Positions 58,201-64,000 of a stretch of DNA of 64,000 nucleotides are shown here, piece after piece. The position numbers were made by a program, and so were the translations under genes. Under the pieces are notes generated by a model that saw only the letters and a list, made by a program, of their open reading frames with translations, had not been told where the DNA came from and searched no databases. The stretch lies in the IMG/VR virus record IMGVR_UViG_3300028602_002388, positions 1,590-65,589 of that record; one strand, written 5' to 3'. Origin of the DNA: a virus. Lineage: Duplodnaviria > Caudoviricetes. Position 1 is the stretch's first letter. Every line of letters begins with the position of its first letter.

Positions 58201-58898
58201 ATACATATCAGTATTTCTTTGATGTATTTAATGGGGCGGTGGTAAGAGATTCTTATAATGGTCCTTATCCTATTTCCAATTATGGAATAGCATCAACGAT
58301 AAAGGATTTAAGTAAAGAGATATTGGATTTAGGAATAGACAATGTAGATGTTGTAAGCGGATGGTCAGGGTTGTTTGATGAATATATGATAACATTCTGT
58401 TTACCTGATAGACGAGAAACGATAGTGTTCTATGAGAAAGAAAACAAGTGGTCTCATTATGTTGAACCAACAGCAAGTAGGTATATGTGGTTTGGAGATA
58501 CTTTATTGTCTCATGATGGTAATACGTTATGGTTAGAAAATCAGAAAGACGAGTTATTGTATGGCAAGCCGATAAAGACGGAAGTTGAATTTGTATCAAA
58601 CGTCGTCCCTTTTAAAAATAAAATATTTAAGAATATTCAGTTAATGGCTAAAGCTCCGTTTACGGGTGAAGTAGAGACTTTAGTTGAGGGGCAGGTAGTT
58701 ATGTCAAGTGTTATATATATTGGTGATTGGGTAAAAAAGCAAGGTGTTTGGTGGGCGAATTTCAGACGTGACGGGCAGACACCTTTAGATACTATTATAA
58801 GTTCTCGATTAAGAGGCCGTATGATGAGATTAAAATTAAAAGGTACTACTGGATTAAGTTACGTTAAAATAAAAAGTAATACATCAGAAAAATCATAA
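55254..58898 (+). CDS. Large tail stabilisation/nozzle-like protein
   Basis: 1214 aa, beta-rich; YQFRYQYVYDDGEESVWSP and C-terminal RLRGRMMRLKL patterns of podovirus tail proteins. Confidence 0.6.
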   Translation: MIEDVRNMLYIDQDSDLQRLSAEACVRKVNMRSHGLGKMGVNEVIYGTKSIQQLSGRIAGWCQDTKNKAIIIFVESQLGAKNIYRYFVESSEVQFIYGNIFLDFNGNVDADIVDDMLYWTGGVPMKLNVEKALNIGNETIAPLYKYINLNRDMLTVIKQPPLMPLRVEYEDDLTVNRNHIRGSLYQFRYQYVYDDGEESVWSPISDVPIPEGESTANGHYVKEENKDNRIKLTYEEGNSLVTKINFAYRRLNTGVWSLFKTIDKYDTDGQLINIEGYVYFYGNEVTYPLDQKEVARLYHNVPLFVKHQRFINGTNLVYANYNEGYGNHDVSLRLTLNYKDITTNVDSLNIAFTTHTDIVNVWVITFKLWDYDSGAWIEYVAGDQIICKLYQFDVMNPIVDFTYTCVGGESYEDIMNLIQNELYSYFKIERYFYNDGLSYVIASPLSQWAYYIEKLHIHLFRNSQYTSCVEKVTPMNVTPSYPDEFKVVVLPIGDYEFNAGDVGALSLEYWDGTNNVKADYLYNFIQSSNNLTLIEAIITYYDNIFGVGKFLKLGNVIIIKNDIYITYTNDYLTGLRAKVLSRISGVCSTFKSGANVEVGIVYYDQYGRSGGVQGTNKIYVKTISEIKPAQNINWLTRNTITVNIEGNAPSWAKFYQLVVSPKRRGFFQYLVDRFETSDDARYVYIRLNDAILDGISLNSKLIYGYYTFNRDDRVRICYVLDGDKFKTTDGVVDMQILDVGYESGAQSYIKDDAGDDSAYIIDEHGNKIRKRSAEYLVVKYFDYQRHGLGYNKSVIEVYTPEMKDDENNVFFEVGDRYAVINSQHSQNEVEVNCGDVYVRRRLRRIDDFVCEDSNFSDIYLSDAWGKGRANIELKTAENKWYESNIKHSKRYVKGGVNGLSDWDTNSIVLSSRHGEITGLAESGIVLKVNQERKSTSIYIGRTVFSQADGREGYVGISDKLLGTIMPSQLTFGTMFPNSIATIDTYQYFFDVFNGAVVRDSYNGPYPISNYGIASTIKDLSKEILDLGIDNVDVVSGWSGLFDEYMITFCLPDRRETIVFYEKENKWSHYVEPTASRYMWFGDTLLSHDGNTLWLENQKDELLYGKPIKTEVEFVSNVVPFKNKIFKNIQLMAKAPFTGEVETLVEGQVVMSSVIYIGDWVKKQGVWWANFRRDGQTPLDTIISSRLRGRMMRLKLKGTTGLSYVKIKSNTSEKS

Positions 58899-58902
58899 AG
58901 AT

Positions 58903-59598
58903 ATGGGAATAGGTTTAGCAACAGGTATATTATCTGGTTTATTTGGGGTTGGCAGTGGCATATTAGCAAATCAGCAGCATCGTAAGTTTGCTGACTATTT
59001 AGGGAATTTAAAGTATAATATGCCTTCTGCCATGAGTTCAGCGGAAGCTGAATATAGAGGATTGGCTGGTCATGGATTGGCTGGAAAAGAGACTATCAAG
59101 GATGATATAGTAAGTCAACTTGCACGTACTATGGGGTTAGGAAAACAGGTGGCTAAAAATCCGAGTGAGTTGTTGGATTTGTTAAGTAAGACTGAAGACA
59201 GCGTTACATCTAATTTAAGGCAGTTGGGTATTCAGGATGAGACGGCTAAATTAAGTAATAGGATGAGGCTTGCTGAGTTCCTTTCAAGGGTTAAAGCTCC
59301 TATGGAGGCCTCGATAGAGGATAAAATGATAAACTTGGGTATTTCTAAAGAGAGAGAAAAGATGGTGGGAATACAGGAGCTTTTAAAAGGTATTTCAGGC
59401 GGCTTGGAAGGGGTTAGCCAAGGGGTGATGTTTAAGTTGATGGAGGATTATATTAAAAATAGGGGAACAACAGGGGAAAGTAGTGTAAGGGGGGAGGAAA
59501 GAATGTTTAATCCATTTTTTAATCCTTATAAAGAAGACTATTTTCCTATTATGAATTTAGGCACTCCTTCTGTTCTTGATAAATATGGTTTAACTTAA
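58903..59598 (+). CDS. Internal virion (ejection) protein
   Basis: Gly-rich hydrophobic N-terminus MGIGLATGILSGLFGVGSG. Confidence 0.55.
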   Translation: MGIGLATGILSGLFGVGSGILANQQHRKFADYLGNLKYNMPSAMSSAEAEYRGLAGHGLAGKETIKDDIVSQLARTMGLGKQVAKNPSELLDLLSKTEDSVTSNLRQLGIQDETAKLSNRMRLAEFLSRVKAPMEASIEDKMINLGISKEREKMVGIQELLKGISGGLEGVSQGVMFKLMEDYIKNRGTTGESSVRGEERMFNPFFNPYKEDYFPIMNLGTPSVLDKYGLT

Positions 59599-59616
59599 TG
59601 GAAAAAATAAGATACA

Positions 59617-60864
59617 ATGTATAGTAGCCGTGTAAAAATAGTACCTGATCAACAGTTAAGGCTTAATCAGTCTTTGGGTAGGCTTAATCAGGTTTATTTA
59701 AGCATGATGCAGAAGGATCAAGCGGAGATGCTTCGTGGCATTGATGAATATAAGAAGATTGTAGATAATTCTTTTAAACCTGTTTATGGTAAGTATCAGC
59801 AGGAGTATCTTGCTAAAAGAGATGAGTTTATTAAGGAGGCAGGACAGATTTATAGAGATAATAATTATCGAAATTTAACGCCTGAACAGCATAGGCGAAT
59901 ATCGGAACGATATAACGAGTTGAATCTATTTGCCGACAAAGCAAATGAAGTAAGGAAGTTGTTTAATGATAGTGTTAATAAAGTGATGTTTAATACCGAT
60001 GGTAAGATAAGGCGGAAGGAGAGTCTTGCTAATCTTGTGCAGGTTGAGAACATGAGTTTAGATGATGCTTTAGATTATCTTGAAAGTGGAATTTGGGCGG
60101 TGGCAGCACCGCCTAAGTTTGATTTTATCGCCGAACGTGGTAAAATACTTAAACAATCGAAGGTTGATGTAGATGATATAAAAAGACATTATCCTGACTA
60201 TGTTCTTGTTGAAGGAAAACAATATTATGATCCTACTAAGTTTAAAGAGTTAACGAGGATGTTATGGGATTCAGGAAAGGAGGCTTTGTATCAACAGTTC
60301 CCGGATTATGAGACATTTGAAAGGTTTATGAGGCCACCAGATGGCGAGTCTGAACCTATTAAGATTGACTATAAGACTAAAAAGGTTGATTCAAAAGGTG
60401 GGAGTAATACAGGTAAGGTTACAATTATAAATCCTTCGACGCATCTTGGCTATACTGTTTGGGATATAGAATCTGTAGGAAAGCATAAGCCTTATACAGT
60501 TAGCAAGGGCATGGAGCTTTATACAGAGGATGGTGAGCTTGTTAGTGTAGATGAAGCTGCTGGTGGGCGTTTGATACGTTTTGCCGAAAGAGACTATGGA
60601 ATGGGAAAAAAACTGTACGCAGTGTTTAGAGGTGATAGCGGTTATCCTTTAAATGTGTTATTCATTAAAGATAAGGTGGCTGATGATGATACAAACAAGC
60701 AGTTAAGGGAAAACAAGAAGATTTTATATATACCTTTTGAACAGTTAGGAGACGGGTATTTAGATTCCATTGGGATAAAATTAGAGGGGTTAGAGAATGT
60801 GTTTAAGGGAAAACGGGGTTTACTTGATGGAGCAAATTTTAATTTGAAAAACAATGAAAGATAA
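59617..60864 (+). CDS. Internal virion protein, hypothetical
   Basis: 415-aa helical ORF. Confidence 0.5.
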   Translation: MYSSRVKIVPDQQLRLNQSLGRLNQVYLSMMQKDQAEMLRGIDEYKKIVDNSFKPVYGKYQQEYLAKRDEFIKEAGQIYRDNNYRNLTPEQHRRISERYNELNLFADKANEVRKLFNDSVNKVMFNTDGKIRRKESLANLVQVENMSLDDALDYLESGIWAVAAPPKFDFIAERGKILKQSKVDVDDIKRHYPDYVLVEGKQYYDPTKFKELTRMLWDSGKEALYQQFPDYETFERFMRPPDGESEPIKIDYKTKKVDSKGGSNTGKVTIINPSTHLGYTVWDIESVGKHKPYTVSKGMELYTEDGELVSVDEAAGGRLIRFAERDYGMGKKLYAVFRGDSGYPLNVLFIKDKVADDDTNKQLRENKKILYIPFEQLGDGYLDSIGIKLEGLENVFKGKRGLLDGANFNLKNNER

Positions 60865-63800
60865 AATAAAATACGTTGAGTTAGTTGAAAGATTAAAAAG
60901 GGATATTGATTTACCTGAAGGGGTTGATGATGTATTTTTGGTAAAGGCCTTTTTTGATAAAAACCCAAAGGCAGCAGAAGGTGTTGATATGGAAGATGTT
61001 ACTATTCCAGAACGATACGATGTTGGTACAATGGCTAAAATTATACGCCATGAAGTTGGTAAATTTGATGGAACAGATGAAGAACTTGTAAATCTGTTCT
61101 TGGAGAAAAATCCTTCTTACAAGGACCAGGTTGATTTAAAAAAAAAAGATTTCAATATTTACGAGGCTACTCAAGAAGGTTTAGGTTATATTGGTGGAAA
61201 AAAAGAAACAGAGAAACGTAGTAATGATCCTATAGGATACATTCAGGAGGATATTGATAAACTTGTGAAGGAAAAGGATAGATTAGAGCGTAAGTCAATA
61301 GTAACGAGTACTAAAGATATTGCATGGTCGAGGTCGATATATACTGGAGATAAAAAGTTTAGTTCCTCTGATGATGCTGTTGAATATGAAAGGATAAATA
61401 AAAAAATATTGGAACTTGAAGATCAGAAGCGCAAGCTTGAAGTACAAATTGAGCGTAAACGCTTAGATAATAAGTATGCGCCTCATTATGAGAGTTATAA
61501 AGAATATATTAAGAATGTTCCTGATGATATAGATGTATTAAAGAATGAGAAGGAGCGGGAATTAAAAGATATAGCTAAGTCTGGGGCTGGTTACAAAGAG
61601 TTTGTTTATGGTAGAACTATGTATGCTTACAAGCCTACACCTATATTGGAAGATGAGGAAAGTCGTAAACGGTATGATCAGCTACAGCGTGAGGTTAAGG
61701 AACTTGATGCTCTTAAATCTTTACGCATGGAGGATGCTTATGCATTAAGCACTGACCTTGATGCGGAGTCAAGACAAGAGTTAAGATATTATATTAAACA
61801 GCGTGTAGAGGAAGATGAAGTTAAACGACAAGCTAATAAGTTGTTTAGGGAGAAATATCCTGATAAGTTATACCCTGATGAGGCGGTTGAAAAGTTTACG
61901 ATTGAGGTAGAAAGATTGTTTGCTGATGCATCAAGGCTTAAAGGTGAGTTATTAAACAAAGCTAAAGTCTCTAAAAGTCAGTTTGATTTAGAGATGAAAG
62001 AGTTAGATGCGTCAATAGAGGCTGAATTATTACAAAAGAAAGCGGAGCTGGAGCAGATGTATGATGCCGGCGCTATTTCTGTTGATGATGCTAATCGTCA
62101 GCTTGAAGAACTAAGAAAGAATAAAACGTTGATATATAATGAACATATTCGCAGATATAACAGCAATGTTATTGATGCTTTGAATAACGCTCATATAAGT
62201 CTTTTTGATACGTTTAAGGGCAAACTAAGTGATTTGGAGCGTGAGTATGGAGTTACTATTGACGGGAAGTTATCTAAAGATGTAGTTGATAGGTATGAAG
62301 ATGTGTTTGCGGAGGTTTATGCGGAACGGCAACGATTCTCGATGGCTAAATGGAATGCTCTTCCACGTAGTGCGCAGATAGCTATGTCGTTTTCTGCTGG
62401 TGTTTTAGATTTATTTAATTCTATCGGTGGAGGCCTTAATTGGTTAGGGTATTATGAAGCAGGTAACTATTTATCGGATATGGCGATGGATTTTTACAAG
62501 AGTGCGGATATTCCTGTTTTTGAGTTAGACAAGTTGCTAACTCCTGATTGGTGGATCGCCAATGGCGTGCGTACACTTCCCTTTACTCTTTCTCTTTTAC
62601 CTACAGGTTATGGAGTTACTTTAGGGTTATCAAGTGCATTGGCAAGGACGGCTATGCCTGTCTTATTAAGACAATTAGTGGCAGGAGCTGGAGGAGCTTT
62701 AATTAATCGTCCGATAGAAGGATGGTTTAATGCGGGTGGATCATTTAATGAGGCAATGGAAATGGGAATGTCTGTTGAACAAGCTTCGCAAGTTGCCGCA
62801 GATGTGATGAAGAATGAAGCATTTTTATATTTTAATGATGCCATGCAACTGGGTTTAGCGTTTACGCCTGCAAAAGGTTTCTTGTCAAAATTATTATTGT
62901 TTCTTTATGAAGGTGCATCGGAGGGAATAGAGGAGTTATTGCAAGGTTATTGGCAGCATAATGCAATAGCCAGACGTGATGATGAAACTCCTATTTTGTC
63001 ATTGATGGAATATGCTAAGACGGATATGGCTCTTACAGAGATGATATTAGGGACTGCTACAGGATTGGCTTTTCAGGGAGGGGCGGAGACTATCAAGTAT
63101 ATAGCAGGTATGAAAAATATTGATGCTGACAAATTTGCTGAAGATAAGATTACTAATTACATGATAACAAATTTCTTTTCAGATGAGGAGAGTAATGTTC
63201 CATTAGAAAAACGTAGGGATGATGCTTTTAATATGATAGATGTTTTTATGGAGCGGGGTTCGCTTACAGAAGAACAGGCTGACTATCATAAGAAAATGAC
63301 AAATTATGCTTATGAACTCAAGGTTAGTGGACTTGGTTTTGATGAAGATACAAGGGTTGCGCTATTGGAATATTATGGTAATATTCTTGCTTCCGAATTA
63401 TTGCTTAGCAAATTAGGTGATAAAAATATTGACGCTGCAATAAGTGAAAAGTTAAATAGGCAGCGTGCTGATTTACAAAAGATGTTATCAGGTGAAATTG
63501 CTATTTACATGATAAATGAGTCAATCATTAGTAATGAGCAATTTAAGAAGTTTATAGATGATCCTTTGTTTATAGAAAAGTTTGTTAATGATAACATAAA
63601 GGTTAAGGTTGTAAACAGTGATTTGACGCTTATGGATAAATTGGCTCAAAGAGCTGATGAGTTTACAAAGTATAAACAACAACAGGCTGAACAACAGACT
63701 GAACAACAGACTGAACAACAGACTGAACAACAGACTGAACAACAGGCTGAACAACAGACTGAACAACAGACTGAACAACAGACTGAACAACAGGCTGAAC

Positions 63801-64000
63801 AACAGACTGAACAACAGACTGAACAACAGACTGAACAACAGGCTGAACAACAGACTGAACAACAGACTGAACAACAGACTGAACAACAGACTGAACAACA
63901 GACTGAACAACAGACTGAACAACAGACTGAACAACAGGCTGAACAACAGGCTGAACAACAGGCTGAACAACAGGCTGAACAACAGACTGAACAACAGGCT
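60854..64000 (+). CDS. Giant virion/cargo protein, N-terminal part (3'-partial, >1049 aa; absent from the ORF track)
   Basis: ATG at 60854 (MKDKIKYVELVERLK...) overlaps the previous stop; frame holds at the points checked and ends in QQ(T/A)E repeats; target of spacer 4. Confidence 0.75.
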   Translation, partial: MKDKIKYVELVERLKRDIDLPEGVDDVFLVKAFFDKNPKAAEGVDMEDVTIPERYDVGTMAKIIRHEVGKFDGTDEELVNLFLEKNPSYKDQVDLKKKDFNIYEATQEGLGYIGGKKETEKRSNDPIGYIQEDIDKLVKEKDRLERKSIVTSTKDIAWSRSIYTGDKKFSSSDDAVEYERINKKILELEDQKRKLEVQIERKRLDNKYAPHYESYKEYIKNVPDDIDVLKNEKERELKDIAKSGAGYKEFVYGRTMYAYKPTPILEDEESRKRYDQLQREVKELDALKSLRMEDAYALSTDLDAESRQELRYYIKQRVEEDEVKRQANKLFREKYPDKLYPDEAVEKFTIEVERLFADASRLKGELLNKAKVSKSQFDLEMKELDASIEAELLQKKAELEQMYDAGAISVDDANRQLEELRKNKTLIYNEHIRRYNSNVIDALNNAHISLFDTFKGKLSDLEREYGVTIDGKLSKDVVDRYEDVFAEVYAERQRFSMAKWNALPRSAQIAMSFSAGVLDLFNSIGGGLNWLGYYEAGNYLSDMAMDFYKSADIPVFELDKLLTPDWWIANGVRTLPFTLSLLPTGYGVTLGLSSALARTAMPVLLRQLVAGAGGALINRPIEGWFNAGGSFNEAMEMGMSVEQASQVAADVMKNEAFLYFNDAMQLGLAFTPAKGFLSKLLLFLYEGASEGIEELLQGYWQHNAIARRDDETPILSLMEYAKTDMALTEMILGTATGLAFQGGAETIKYIAGMKNIDADKFAEDKITNYMITNFFSDEESNVPLEKRRDDAFNMIDVFMERGSLTEEQADYHKKMTNYAYELKVSGLGFDEDTRVALLEYYGNILASELLLSKLGDKNIDAAISEKLNRQRADLQKMLSGEIAIYMINESIISNEQFKKFIDDPLFIEKFVNDNIKVKVVNSDLTLMDKLAQRADEFTKYKQQQAEQQTEQQTEQQTEQQTEQQAEQQTEQQTEQQTEQQAEQQTEQQTEQQTEQQAEQQTEQQTEQQTEQQTEQQTEQQTEQQTEQQAEQQAEQQAEQQAEQQTEQQA
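63680..64000 (+). repeat. 12-bp minisatellite x ~27 (QQTE/QQAE), runs off the window
   Basis: caacag(a/g)ctgaa units. Confidence 0.95.

Noticed and set aside
63521-63994. 157-aa LLFS-repeat ORF (and similar at 47249, 47257, 47295)
   Set aside because: Alternative-frame or antisense readings of the QQTE minisatellite.
1-64000. Stop-codon reassignment as in some crAss-like phages
   Set aside because: Structural genes are long and contiguous under the standard code.
1-64000. Prophage integrase, attL/attR, tRNA or rRNA genes
   Set aside because: None recognised; lifestyle cannot be determined from this window.

Overview
Most of the genome of an AT-rich tailed dsDNA phage, probably infecting Bacteroidota (TAnnTTTG -7 promoters, Bacteroidota-type cassette leaders). 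The layout resembles a podovirus or crAss-like phage (inference). The + strand structural arm runs terminase, portal, scaffold-like protein, major capsid, tail ring proteins, a 1214-aa tail protein, internal proteins and a giant protein that leaves the window. The window opens in the C-terminal part of a giant polyvalent protein, followed by fibre genes and lysis genes. The - strand arm carries YqaJ exonuclease, an annealing protein, VRR-NUC, DnaB and DnaN. Two unusual systems sit in the accessory regions. (1) A cas-less CRISPR array with six 37-bp repeats: 5 of its 6 spacers match this same genome (three perfectly, two with 2-3 mismatches). It has lost its leader to a 24-bp fold-back hairpin and faces a phage promoter that would transcribe it antisense. 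(2) An integrase-less, integron-like capture platform: a 23-bp attI-like site occurs four times, each followed at G|TTA by cassette DNA with attC-like palindromes. Its cargo includes a precisely bounded 5.56-kb type III R-M cassette, a type I M-S/truncated-R cassette and small reversed genes. Also present are a fourfold repeated promoter-terminator element and the same 12-bp QQTE minisatellite in three unrelated genes. All matches were found by eye and product calls rest on motif recognition, not database searches.
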